A stretch of 52,887 bases of DNA, from positions 1 to 52,887 of the forward strand of contig JAJXWU010000026.1 in assembly GCA_021781425.1 (NCBI GenBank), in the 5' to 3' direction. This document shows, one piece after another, positions 9,124 through 17,902 of the stretch. Numbering within the stretch: the first letter of the stretch is position 1; every line of letters starts with the position of its first letter. The stretch comes from Pseudomonadota bacterium (GTDB taxonomy: Bacteria > Pseudomonadota > Gammaproteobacteria > Xanthomonadales > Rhodanobacteraceae). Under the pieces are notes generated by a model. It searched no databases. It was not told the DNA's origin and saw only the letters and a list, made by a program, of their open reading frames with translations. The position numbers and the translations under genes were made by a program.

Positions 9124-9744
9124 ATGAAAACCGTTTCCGCCAAGTCCCAAGAGCAAAGCGTGCTGCGCCTGGCGCGCCGGCACGCGCTGCTGCGCGCGCG
9201 TGATCTCGTCGAGCAGGGACTGCCGACGATGACCCTGACGCGGCTTGTCGCTTCAGGCAAGCTGGAAAGGGTCGCGCGTGGTGTCTACAGCCTGCCGGAT
9301 CGTACGCTCCACGAGCATCGTTCGCTTGCCGAGGTCGCGATCCGCGTACCACGCGGCGTGGTCTGTTTGCTTACAGCGCTGCGCGTGCACGACATCGGCA
9401 CGCAGGCGCCGCACGAAGTCTGGCTAGCGATTCCTAATCACATGGTCGCGCCGCGGCTGGATCAGCCCAGACTGCGTATCGTCCGCATGTCGGGTACGGC
9501 GCTCGAACAGGGAATCGAGCACAGAAGCATCGATGGGGTCAGCGTGGCGGTGTTCAATGCGGCCAAGACCGTGGTCGACTGTTTCAAGTATCGCAACAAG
9601 ATCGGCCTCGACGTGGCGCTGGAGGCGCTGCGTGAGAGCTGGCGCGCGCGCAAAGTGAAGATGGACGATCTCTGGCGATACGCAACCGTCGATCGCGTCG
9701 CCAACGTGATGCGCCCATATCTCGAAGCGGTAACGGCGGAATGA
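9124..9744 (+). CDS. abiEi: AbiEi-family antitoxin / transcriptional regulator (type IV TA)
   Basis: N-terminal wHTH LERVARGVY, CLLTALRVHDI, KTVVDCFKYRNKIGLDVALEALR. Start 9094 or 9124; overlaps the next gene by 4 bp. Confidence 0.88.
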   Translation: MKTVSAKSQEQSVLRLARRHALLRARDLVEQGLPTMTLTRLVASGKLERVARGVYSLPDRTLHEHRSLAEVAIRVPRGVVCLLTALRVHDIGTQAPHEVWLAIPNHMVAPRLDQPRLRIVRMSGTALEQGIEHRSIDGVSVAVFNAAKTVVDCFKYRNKIGLDVALEALRESWRARKVKMDDLWRYATVDRVANVMRPYLEAVTAE

Positions 9745-10601
9745 CAACCAACCTCGCAGCTTCGATTCGTGCCCGCCTCAAAAATCAGGTCGACGCAACT
9801 GGGGGCGACTACAACCTACTGCTGACGAGATACGGCCTCGAGCGCCTGCTGTACAGGCTGTCGGTTTCTGCTCATGCGCAGAATTTCGTGCTCAAGGGCG
9901 CCATGTTGCTTGCGCTCTGGTATGACGTTCCGCAGCGACCGACACGTGATGCCGACTTGCTTGGCTTCGGCGCCGAGGACATCGAGTCCATCGCGAAGGT
10001 CTTCTGCGTGGTTTGCGCGATTGAGGTCGATGACGCCATCGATTTCGATGCGCAGTCCGTACAGACGAGCCGCATCCGCCACGATGCCGGCTATGGCGGC
10101 GTGCGCGTCGAGCTTGGTGCGATGCTCGACCGCGCGCGCATCAAATTGCAGGCGGATATCGGGTTCGGCGATGTCGTGACCCCTGCCGCCGTCGTGGTCA
10201 CATATCCTGTCCTGCTCAATGACCTACCGGCGCCAAGACTGCGTGCCTATCCGAAATACACGGTCATCGCGGAGAAGTTGCAGGCGCTGTGCGTGCTTGG
10301 ATTGGCGAACAGCCGGATGAAGGACTACTTCGACCTGTGGCTGCTCACGAGCGGAAGCGACGTTGAGGCAAGCGTGCTCGCAAAGGCCATCGCGGCAACG
10401 TTTGCCCGCCGCCAGACGGATTTGCCCGCAGACTGGCCAACTGGGCTTACTCCCGAGTTTGCGACCGATACGGTGAAGCAGACGCAGTGGCGCGCGTTCA
10501 TTCGCAAGAATTCTCTGACCGTGCCAGCGTTGTCTGAAATCGTCGACGCATTGCGTGATCGTTTGGCGATGTCTCTACAGATCGCGCGGGACGAAAAATG
10601 A
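9741..10601 (+). CDS. abiEii: AbiEii-family nucleotidyltransferase toxin (type IV TA)
   Basis: FVLKGA, RPTRDADL, DIGFGD, IAEKL and SRMKDYFD motifs. Confidence 0.92.
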   Translation: MTTNLAASIRARLKNQVDATGGDYNLLLTRYGLERLLYRLSVSAHAQNFVLKGAMLLALWYDVPQRPTRDADLLGFGAEDIESIAKVFCVVCAIEVDDAIDFDAQSVQTSRIRHDAGYGGVRVELGAMLDRARIKLQADIGFGDVVTPAAVVVTYPVLLNDLPAPRLRAYPKYTVIAEKLQALCVLGLANSRMKDYFDLWLLTSGSDVEASVLAKAIAATFARRQTDLPADWPTGLTPEFATDTVKQTQWRAFIRKNSLTVPALSEIVDALRDRLAMSLQIARDEK

Positions 10602-10622
10602 CATCAAAGCAGAGCGATTGCC

Positions 10623-10725
10623 GCCTCCCTATCGCCTTGTAACCTATTGATCGGATTGAGTCGAAATGATAGATTTTGTCTGCAGCCAGATTCGTAATTT
10701 CCGGTTGTGGATCAATAGGTAACTG
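10623..10725 (+). repeat. 103-bp direct repeat copy 2 (att arm adjacent to attR)
   Basis: About 86% identical to 5412-5514; perfect internal IR ACCTATTGATC/GATCAATAGGT; ends 13 bp before the tRNA fragment. Confidence 0.88.
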
Positions 10726-10738
10726 CCCTTCGGCCTCG

Positions 10739-10786
10739 TGCCTGGGGGGCAGGGGGTCGTGGGTTCAAATCCCGCCGCCCCGACCA
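10739..10786 (+). mobile_element. attR: duplicated 3' half of tRNA-Pro(GGG) marking the right end of a genomic island
   Basis: Anticodon loop CTGGGGG, GCAGG, variable loop GGGTC, T-arm GTGGG-TTCAAAT-CCCGC, acceptor CGCCCCG-A-CCA. No D-arm or 5' acceptor strand upstream. Confidence 0.88.
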
Positions 10787-10801
10787 TCTTTTTTCGGAAT
10801 T

Positions 10802-10823
10802 ACGGCGCCGCCTTCGGCGCCGT
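10802..10823 (+). terminator. Hairpin after the tRNA 3' end (probably the original tRNA terminator or processing hairpin)
   Basis: ACGGCGCCG-CCTT-CGGCGCCGT, 9-bp perfect stem. Confidence 0.45.
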
Positions 10824-10842
10824 TCGCGTTTTGAGGTGGTCG

Positions 10843-11796
10843 ATGTCAACCGAGCTTCGCGTCCTCTATCCCGAAATCGAGCCCTTCGACAGTGGCACGC
10901 TGCGCGTGTCGGACAGGCATACGCTGTATTACGAACAGTGCGGCAATCCGCGCGGCAAGCCGGCGCTGTTCGTGCACGGCGGGCCGGGTGCTGGCTGCAA
11001 CGCCAACAGTCGGCGTTTTTTCGATCCCGCGCATTACCGCATCGTCCTGTTCGACCAGCGCGGCAGCGGACGCTCCACGCCGCACGCGGAACTCGCCGAG
11101 AACACGACTTGGGATCTGGTCGCCGACATGGAGCGCTTGCGCGAGCACCTGCGCATCGAACGCTGGCAGGTGTTCGGCGGTTCGTGGGGCTCAACGCTTG
11201 CGCTCGCTTACGCGCAATCGCATCCCGCGCGGGTGACCGAACTCGTCCTGCGCGGGATTTTTCTGCTGCGTCGCTGGGAGCTGGAATGGTTCTATCAGAA
11301 AGGTTGCGACGCGATCTATCCGGATGCGTGGGAAGCGTATCTGGCGCATATCCCGCCGGGAGAGCGCGGCGATCTGATCGGCGCCTACTATCGCCGCCTG
11401 ACCGGCCCCGACGCGTCGGTACGCATGGCTGCGGCCAAGGTCTGGTCGACCTGGGAAGGCGCGACCAGCTATCTGTATCAGAATCCGGATTACATCGCCT
11501 CCACCGGCGCGGACGAATTCGCGCTTGCCTTCGCGCGCATCGAATGCCATTACTTCTTCAATGGCGGGTTTTTCGAATGCGACGATCAGCTCTTGCGTGA
11601 TGCGCACAAGTTGAGAAATATTCCGGCCGTAATCGTACAAGGCCGTTACGACGTGGTCTGTCCGTTGCGCAGCGCCTGGGATCTGCACCGCGTCTGGCCG
11701 GAAGCGGATCTGCGCATCGTCGCCGACGCAGGCCATTCGGCGTTCGAGCCGGGCAATACGCACGAATTGATCGAGGCGACGGATCGGTTTCGTTGA
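10843..11796 (+). CDS. pip: Proline iminopeptidase (S33)
   Basis: HGGPG, DQRGSGRSTP, GGSWG nucleophile, QGRYD and AGHS; GAGGT RBS before ATG 10843. Confidence 0.95.
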   Translation: MSTELRVLYPEIEPFDSGTLRVSDRHTLYYEQCGNPRGKPALFVHGGPGAGCNANSRRFFDPAHYRIVLFDQRGSGRSTPHAELAENTTWDLVADMERLREHLRIERWQVFGGSWGSTLALAYAQSHPARVTELVLRGIFLLRRWELEWFYQKGCDAIYPDAWEAYLAHIPPGERGDLIGAYYRRLTGPDASVRMAAAKVWSTWEGATSYLYQNPDYIASTGADEFALAFARIECHYFFNGGFFECDDQLLRDAHKLRNIPAVIVQGRYDVVCPLRSAWDLHRVWPEADLRIVADAGHSAFEPGNTHELIEATDRFR

Positions 11797-11802
11797 GCCA
11801 AA

Positions 11803-11828
11803 AAAACCCGGCCTTGCGGCCGGGTTTT
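11803..11828. terminator. Bidirectional rho-independent terminator
   Basis: AAAACCCGGCC-TTGC-GGCCGGGTTTT between convergent pip and psiF. Confidence 0.85.
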
Positions 11829-11856
11829 GTGTTGGCAATGCTGAAGCTTAAAATCT

Positions 11857-12240
11857 TCAGTGCGCGGCAGCCGCGGGAGCGGCAGTGCCCTTCAGGCAGG
11901 TGCTCATGAAGGTCTTGCGCGCGGCGCCCTTCAGGGCCTTGGTCTTGGCTTCGGCATTGCAGTTTTTCATCTTCGCCTGCTGGGTTTCCTTGGCGGTCGC
12001 TGCCGGAGCCGCGGCGGCGGGTTTGGCGGCTGCCGGCGCGGCGGCTTCGCCGCCCTTCAGGCACGTGCTCATGAACGATTTGTATTCGGCGCCCTTCAGG
12101 CCCTTGGTGTGAGCATCCTTGGAGCAAGTGCTCATCTTGCTCTGCTGCGCGGTCATGGGCTTTGCGGGCGTGCCGGCGGCAAACGCGCTGCCAACGGTGG
12201 CGGCGAGAACGAAAGCGAGCGAGCTAACGGCGAACTTCAT
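11857..12240 (-). CDS. psiF: PsiF-family periplasmic protein (two PsiF repeats)
   Basis: Signal peptide; two repeats QQxKMxxC...LKGA...FMSTCLK; GGAG RBS. Confidence 0.88.
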   Translation of the reverse strand: MKFAVSSLAFVLAATVGSAFAAGTPAKPMTAQQSKMSTCSKDAHTKGLKGAEYKSFMSTCLKGGEAAAPAAAKPAAAAPAATAKETQQAKMKNCNAEAKTKALKGAARKTFMSTCLKGTAAPAAAAH

Positions 12241-12394
12241 TGCGATCTCCTGGTGGTGGTGGCGGTGCTGCCGCCGGAGTCTACGCCGGCACGATTGCAC
12301 TGCGTAGCTGCGGCGCACAATGATGCCGGAACGCTGAATCGCGTCTGTAGGAAAGCGCCGACGCGTGTTGTCCGTTCAGCGCCGATTTTGCCGA

Positions 12395-13885
12395 TTACGC
12401 CGCTTTCGCCATGCGCGGTCCCTGCAGCAGAGCCTGCTTGACGCTGTCGACGACGAGGTCGACCTCCGCCGAAGTCACGTAAAACGTCGGCGTGAAGCGC
12501 AGCGAGTTGGCGCCACCGTGGATCACGCCGATGCCATGCTCGCGCAGCCATTCCTCGGTGCTGCCGGCGCCGTAGCATTTGAATTCCGGCGCCAGTTCGC
12601 AGGAGAACAGCAGACCCGTGCCCTGCACCTTGGTGATCATGCCCGGCAGTTCGCTCTTGAGCTTGTTGAACTTGTCGAGGAACTCGGCGCCACGCGCGCG
12701 GATGTTCGCCTTCAGTTCCGGGGTGACCAGGCCGAGTGCGGCGCAGGCCACATCCAGCGCGCGCGGGTTGGCGGTCATGGTGTTGCCGTAGATGCCCTTT
12801 TTGTACAGCGCGGCGGTCTTGTCGGTAACGGCAAGTACGGACAAGGGATACTGCCCGCCGTTCAAGGCCTTGGAATAAGTTTCCATGTCCGGCGGATCGA
12901 GCTTCTCGAAGCCGGGATAATCCACGATCGACAGCACGCCGTGTGCACGCAGGCCGGCCTGGATGGAGTCGACCAGGAACAGCGAACCGTGGCTGCGCGT
13001 GAGCTCGCGCGCGGTGGCATAGAACTCCGGCGTCACGGCGCGGCCGGGATCGCCCTCGCCCATGACCGGTTCCAGAAACATGGCTTCGATGAACCAGCCG
13101 TTCTTGTCGGCATCGGCGAACACCTGGCGCAGTTGCGCCACGTTGTACGGTTCGACCGTGAGCAGGCTGTGCTCATCGCGGAAGCTGGCCAGGTTCTGCA
13201 CATAGGCCTTGCGCGAGGAATCCGAATACACCGCCGGGCGCTCGGTGCGGCCGTGGAAGGCGCCCTTGACCGCGAGGCGCTTGATCGTGCGCCCGGCATA
13301 TTTGCCGCCGGCGTCGGTCATGAGCTTGGCGTTGACATCGGTGATGCGGCAGGCGAGCGAGACGCTTTCCGAGCCCGAGTTCAGACACATGAAACGGGTG
13401 TAGGGACAGCCGCCGCGGGTGTTGCCGATATTGGCCTTGAGCGCGCGCGTGAAGCGCATCTGGCTCACGCTCGGGGTCATGATGTTGGCCATCGCTTGTG
13501 GCTTGGCCATCGCCGTGAGCACGGCCTTTGGCGTGTGGCCGAAGCCGAGCATGCCATAGCCGCCCGAATCGTGCACCACGGCGCCCTTGAGCGTGATCAC
13601 CCACGGCCCGCGAGCGGCCAGGGCGATATAGGGGTTCACAGCGTCGTCGGCGTAGAAATTCACGAAGTCGGCCTGCACGCGTGCCAGTTGCGCGGCTTCG
13701 TCGAGTTGGAGCAGGTCGGGAAATTCCGCTGTCAGCGCGCGCCACGAGCTCAGCGCTTCGTCGATGGCTTCAACCAGTTCCGGAAATTGCGCGGCCATAC
13801 GCTCGACCGTCGCATCGGGCAGGCCCTGCGTGCGCGTCGTGCCGGCGTTGCGGCGCAGTTCTTGAAGCTTGGCGATGACAGACAT
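12395..13885 (-). CDS. lat: Class III PLP aminotransferase, L-lysine 6-aminotransferase-like
   Basis: NSGSE, FHGRT, EPVMGEG, DSIQAG and YSKAL (PLP Lys); closely resembles Flavobacterium lutescens-type Lat as I recall it. GGAGG RBS before ATG 13885. Confidence 0.8.
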   Translation of the reverse strand: MSVIAKLQELRRNAGTTRTQGLPDATVERMAAQFPELVEAIDEALSSWRALTAEFPDLLQLDEAAQLARVQADFVNFYADDAVNPYIALAARGPWVITLKGAVVHDSGGYGMLGFGHTPKAVLTAMAKPQAMANIMTPSVSQMRFTRALKANIGNTRGGCPYTRFMCLNSGSESVSLACRITDVNAKLMTDAGGKYAGRTIKRLAVKGAFHGRTERPAVYSDSSRKAYVQNLASFRDEHSLLTVEPYNVAQLRQVFADADKNGWFIEAMFLEPVMGEGDPGRAVTPEFYATARELTRSHGSLFLVDSIQAGLRAHGVLSIVDYPGFEKLDPPDMETYSKALNGGQYPLSVLAVTDKTAALYKKGIYGNTMTANPRALDVACAALGLVTPELKANIRARGAEFLDKFNKLKSELPGMITKVQGTGLLFSCELAPEFKCYGAGSTEEWLREHGIGVIHGGANSLRFTPTFYVTSAEVDLVVDSVKQALLQGPRMAKAA

Positions 13886-14027
13886 GTTGTACCTCCACGA
13901 ACGGCAGAAACGCGCCGCTCGCGGCGCGCCGAAAGAATGCGAAAGCCCTGTTCCGGCTGGCATTTTATCACGCGCAAGTGGCCTGCCGGCGGGGCCGCTT
14001 CGTGGTGCAGCCATTGGTGCCACTTGC

Positions 14028-14039
14028 TGACACTTGTCA
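14028..14039. promoter_or_regulatory. Putative DesR-type response-regulator box
   Basis: Perfect inverted repeat TGACA-CT-TGTCA about 80 bp upstream of the ABC operon. Confidence 0.55.
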
Positions 14040-14118
14040 CCGTCAAATCCTGACTGGCGCGACTGTGGGCAGGACAGCGCAATGCGCACACTGTTTGCAT
14101 CCGGTGAAGAGGTGGGCG

Positions 14119-15042
14119 ATGGCGATAGATACCGATGTAGTGGCGGAACTCAGTGGCGCGAGCAAGAGCTATGGCAAATTGCTGGCGCTGGATGGCGTGG
14201 ATCTCGAGGTGCGGCGTGGCCAGGTACTCGCCTTGCTCGGTCCGAACGGCGCGGGCAAGACCACGGCGATTTCGCTGCTGCTCGGCCTGCTCGATCCGGA
14301 TGCGGGCAGTGCGAACCTGTTCGGCGAGCAACCACGCGCACTCACCGCGCGCCGCCGCATCGGTGCGATGCTGCAAACGACGGCGGTGCCGGACACCCTG
14401 CAAGTTGACGAGCTGATCGCGCTGTTCCGCAGCTACTACATGTCTGACGGTAGCCGGCAGCCGCGCACCGTTTTTGACATCGCCCAGCTGGCCGGCGTGA
14501 GTGATCTGCTGAAACGCCGCTATGGCAAACTCTCCGGCGGACAACAGCGGGGCGTACAGTTCGCGCTCGCCATTGCCGGCCGCGCCGAAATCCTGTTCCT
14601 GGACGAACCGACCACGGGCCTGGACATCGAAGCGCGCAGCACGATGTGGAAAACCATCCGCACGCTCGTCGCCGAAGGCTGCGCGGTGGTGCTGACCACG
14701 CATTATCTGGAGGAGGCCGAAGCGCTGGCGGATTGCGTGATGGTGCTTGCGCGCGGGCGCATCGTTGCCGAAGGCAGCGTGGCGCAGATCCGCGCGCGTG
14801 TCTCGCAGCGTCGCATCCGTTGCATCAGCGCGATGGACGCCGCGGCGGTGGCGCAGTGGCCGAACGTACGCAGCGCCACGCGCAACGGCGAACGCATCGA
14901 GATCGTCGCCGATGCCGCCGAAGCCGTAGTGCGCCGCCTGCTGGATCAGGACGCGCACTTGCAAGAACTGGAAATCCAGCGCGCCGGCCTGGCCGAAGCA
15001 TTCGTCGAAATAACCAAAGAGGTCGAAGCCGCTGCGGCTTAG
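14119..15042 (+). CDS. ABC transporter ATP-binding protein
   Basis: GPNGAGKT, LSGGQ, LFLDEPT and H-loop TTHY. Confidence 0.93.
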   Translation: MAIDTDVVAELSGASKSYGKLLALDGVDLEVRRGQVLALLGPNGAGKTTAISLLLGLLDPDAGSANLFGEQPRALTARRRIGAMLQTTAVPDTLQVDELIALFRSYYMSDGSRQPRTVFDIAQLAGVSDLLKRRYGKLSGGQQRGVQFALAIAGRAEILFLDEPTTGLDIEARSTMWKTIRTLVAEGCAVVLTTHYLEEAEALADCVMVLARGRIVAEGSVAQIRARVSQRRIRCISAMDAAAVAQWPNVRSATRNGERIEIVADAAEAVVRRLLDQDAHLQELEIQRAGLAEAFVEITKEVEAAAA

Positions 15043-15140
15043 GCGATGCCTTGAATGGCATCGCCGGCAATGGCGAGGCATGGAAGCCGAAGGGGGCATC
15101 ACCACGGATGGTTCCAAACAATCGAATGTGAGAGTGCCAA

Positions 15141-15920
15141 ATGAACACGATCGCCCAAACCACTGCATTGTCACCTGTCGCGTACCGTCCGCTTCCGGCT
15201 TACATCATGGAAGCCAAATACGAATTCCTGCGCTTGCTGCGCACACCGTCGTTCGCCGTGCCGACGCTGGCGTTCCCGCCGCTGTTCTTCCTGTTGTTCG
15301 GCCTGCTGCTCAATCACGGCAACGCGGGCGCCGCGCATTACCTGTTCGCCACCTACAGCGTGTTCGGTGTGATGGCGCCGAGTCTGTTCGGTTTCGGCGT
15401 GGCTGTGGCGATCGAGCGCGAGAAGGGCTGGCTGGCGCTCAAGCGCGTCGCGCCGATGCCGCCGGGTGCCTATCTTGCGGCCAAGCTCGTCATGGCGATG
15501 TTGTGCGCCGCGATTATCTATCTGATCCTGGCGGCGATGGCGTACACACTCGGCGGGGTGCGCCTGCCGGCTGCGCAATGGTTGGTGCTCGGTGCTGTCG
15601 CGGTCGGCGGCGCACTGCCGATGTGCGCGCTCGGACTCATCATCGGCAGTCGCGCCAACGCCTCGGCCGCGCCGGCATTCGTGAATCTGATCTATCTGCC
15701 GATGTCGTTCCTGTCCGGCTTGTGGATGCCATTGTCGATGCTTCCGCATTTCCTTGCGCAGGTCGCGCCGCTCTGGCCGGCCTGGCACCTCGGCCAACTC
15801 GCGCTGATGACGACCGGGCAGGCGACAACGGGCAGCGTCGCCGGACACTTGCTCTGGCTGGGCGCATTCACGGCGATCTGCTTTGCGATCGCGCGGCGCG
15901 GGTTGGCGCGGGTGGGTTGA
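15141..15920 (+). CDS. ABC-2 type permease
   Basis: About 6 TM helices; EREKGWL...P motif. Confidence 0.9.
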   Translation: MNTIAQTTALSPVAYRPLPAYIMEAKYEFLRLLRTPSFAVPTLAFPPLFFLLFGLLLNHGNAGAAHYLFATYSVFGVMAPSLFGFGVAVAIEREKGWLALKRVAPMPPGAYLAAKLVMAMLCAAIIYLILAAMAYTLGGVRLPAAQWLVLGAVAVGGALPMCALGLIIGSRANASAAPAFVNLIYLPMSFLSGLWMPLSMLPHFLAQVAPLWPAWHLGQLALMTTGQATTGSVAGHLLWLGAFTAICFAIARRGLARVG

Positions 15921-15962
15921 TCGAAACCTTCGACTTGATGGGATTGAGCGATAATGCCGGCC

Positions 15963-17135
15963 ATGCTCGAACGCCTCCTTCAACCTGCGCCCGACGCGAT
16001 CGCGTGCAGTTACAGCAAAGACGGCAGGATGCGCTATGCCCCCCTGTTCAACCTGGCGTGGGCGTTCTGGATCTTTTCCGACCTCCTGCTGGGCGGCCCG
16101 GTAGACCACGAATGGATAATCGCTACCGCGATCAGTCTTCCGGTATTTTTGTATCTGTACCTTCAGGCGTACACGCGTCCGCGGCGCTACATCTGTTATT
16201 TCGGCTTCGCCGTTGCTCTGCTCGGCTATGCGGTAATGCCGTGGAACCACAGCGGCGGCGCCTGTTACGGAATCTACGCCTGTGCGTTTTGTGCGTTTGT
16301 CGGCACGACGCGGCAAAGCATTACCTGCATCCTGCTAGTGATCGCCGGGTTTGTCCTGTGCAGCCAATTGCAGGGCTGGCCTTGGGTGGCGACGATCGCA
16401 ATGACCATGGTGGCGTTGTCGGTCGGCGGCGGCAATCTGGCTTGGGCGATCAGCGCGCAAAAAAATGCTGAACTGCGCCTGAGCAACGACGAAGTGCGCC
16501 GCCTTGCCGCCACCGCCGAACGCGAGCGCATCGGCCGCGACCTGCACGATCTGCTCGGTCACACGCTCTCGCTGATCACGCTCAAATCCGAGCTCGCCAA
16601 CAAATTGTTCGATCGCGACGCCGCGGGCGCCAAACGCGAAATGCTCGACGTGGAGCGCGTCGCGCGCGATGCGCTGGCACAGGTGCGGCGCGCGGTCACC
16701 GGCATCCGCGCCGCCGGCTTCGCCGCAGAACTGGCCTCGGCCAAATTGTTGCTCGAATCCCACGGTGTGCATCTGGAGTACGCGTTGGCCGATGTCTTCG
16801 TTCCGGTCGAGATCGAAACCGCACTGGCGATGACCGTGCGCGAAGCAGTGACCAACATCCAGCGCCACGCGCAGGCGGCGCGTGCCAGCATTGTGCTCGA
16901 ACACACCGGAGGACGGCTTGCCCTGCGCATCGCCGATGATGGCCGCGGCAGCGCCATCGTCCCCGGCAACGGCTTGGCCGGCATGCGCGAGCGCCTCGCT
17001 GCGGTCGGCGCGGAACTGCGCGTGGAATCGCAGCGCGGCCGCGGCACCACGCTCACGGCCAGCCTGCCGATGCCGGAACCGGTCGGAGTTGCCGCCGCGA
17101 TCGAATTGCGTCGGCAGCAGATAAATCCTGCATGA
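15963..17135 (+). CDS. DesK-like membrane sensor histidine kinase (HisKA_3)
   Basis: N-terminal TM helices, ERERIGRDLHDLLGH, REAVTN, DDGRG and GNGLAGM. Start 15954 or 15963. Confidence 0.93.
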   Translation: MLERLLQPAPDAIACSYSKDGRMRYAPLFNLAWAFWIFSDLLLGGPVDHEWIIATAISLPVFLYLYLQAYTRPRRYICYFGFAVALLGYAVMPWNHSGGACYGIYACAFCAFVGTTRQSITCILLVIAGFVLCSQLQGWPWVATIAMTMVALSVGGGNLAWAISAQKNAELRLSNDEVRRLAATAERERIGRDLHDLLGHTLSLITLKSELANKLFDRDAAGAKREMLDVERVARDALAQVRRAVTGIRAAGFAAELASAKLLLESHGVHLEYALADVFVPVEIETALAMTVREAVTNIQRHAQAARASIVLEHTGGRLALRIADDGRGSAIVPGNGLAGMRERLAAVGAELRVESQRGRGTTLTASLPMPEPVGVAAAIELRRQQINPA

Positions 17136-17734
17136 TCCGCGTCCTGCTCGCCGAAGACCAGGCAATGGTGCGCGGCGCGCTGTCGGCCCTGCTCAAGCTT
17201 GAATCGGATCTCGATGTGATCGGTTGCGCCGCAGATGGCGAGGAAGCCTGGCGCTTCGCGCAAGACCAAAAGCCCGATATCGTCGTCACCGATATCGAAA
17301 TGCCGAACCTCACCGGACTGGAACTCGCGCAGCGCATCCGCGAGCGCGATGCCGGCTGCAAGGTCATCATCCTTACTACGTTCGCGCGTCCCGGATTCCT
17401 GCGCCGCGCGCTGGATGCCGGCGTCGGCGGCTATCTGCTCAAGGATGCGCCGGCCGAACAACTCGCCGAAGCGATTCGCAAGGTGCATCGCGGCGGCCGC
17501 GCGATCGATCCGCAACTCGCGCTGGAAGCCTGGTCGGGCCACGACCCGCTCAACGACCGCGAGCGTCAGATATTGCGTCTGGCCGGTGAGGGCCTGTCCG
17601 CGGGTGATATCGCCGGGCAACTGCATCTGTCGCAGGGCACGGTGCGCAATTATCTGTCCGAGGCGATCGGCAAGCTTGGCGTGAGCAACCGCATCGAGGC
17701 GTACCGGCTGGCGCGGCAAAAGGGATGGCTCTGA
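17132..17734 (+). CDS. DesR-like NarL/LuxR response regulator
   Basis: REC domain (AEDQ, TDIEMP, LLKD) plus LuxR HTH (LSQGTVRNY). Confidence 0.94.
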   Translation: MIRVLLAEDQAMVRGALSALLKLESDLDVIGCAADGEEAWRFAQDQKPDIVVTDIEMPNLTGLELAQRIRERDAGCKVIILTTFARPGFLRRALDAGVGGYLLKDAPAEQLAEAIRKVHRGGRAIDPQLALEAWSGHDPLNDRERQILRLAGEGLSAGDIAGQLHLSQGTVRNYLSEAIGKLGVSNRIEAYRLARQKGWL

Positions 17735-17766
17735 CGGTCGCGCGTTCGCGACAGCGAAACTCAACA

Positions 17767-17861
17767 CCGTTCGCGTTGAGCGTAGCTCGCGTAGCGAGCG
17801 GAGTCGAAACGCATGCGACTCTTCGACTTCGCGCCTTCGGCGCTACGCTCAGGGCGAACGG
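17767..17861 (+). repeat. Palindromic REP/MITE-like repeat, copy A
   Basis: CCGTTCGCGTTGAGCGTAG...GAGTCGAA...TTCGACTTCG...CTACGCTCAGGGCGAACGG; homologous to 24579 and 26535. Confidence 0.88.
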
Positions 17862-17902
17862 AATTCGCAACTGAGCTTTCTGGTACCGCGTACAATCGCG
17901 CG

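Larger units (their letters stand above)
1..10786. mobile_element. Right part of a tRNA-Pro-integrated genomic/defence island
   Basis: attR at the right end, RM/IetAS/AbiE cargo, an IS and lower GC; the integrase and attL would lie left of the window. Confidence 0.8.

Noticed and set aside
10700-10786. Complete tRNA-Pro gene
   Set aside because: The 5' acceptor strand and D-arm are absent; only the 3' 48 bp match, so it is an att duplication.
10738-10842. N-terminal extension of pip in the ORF track
   Set aside because: It is a translation of the tRNA fragment and hairpin; the RBS and family start are at 10843.
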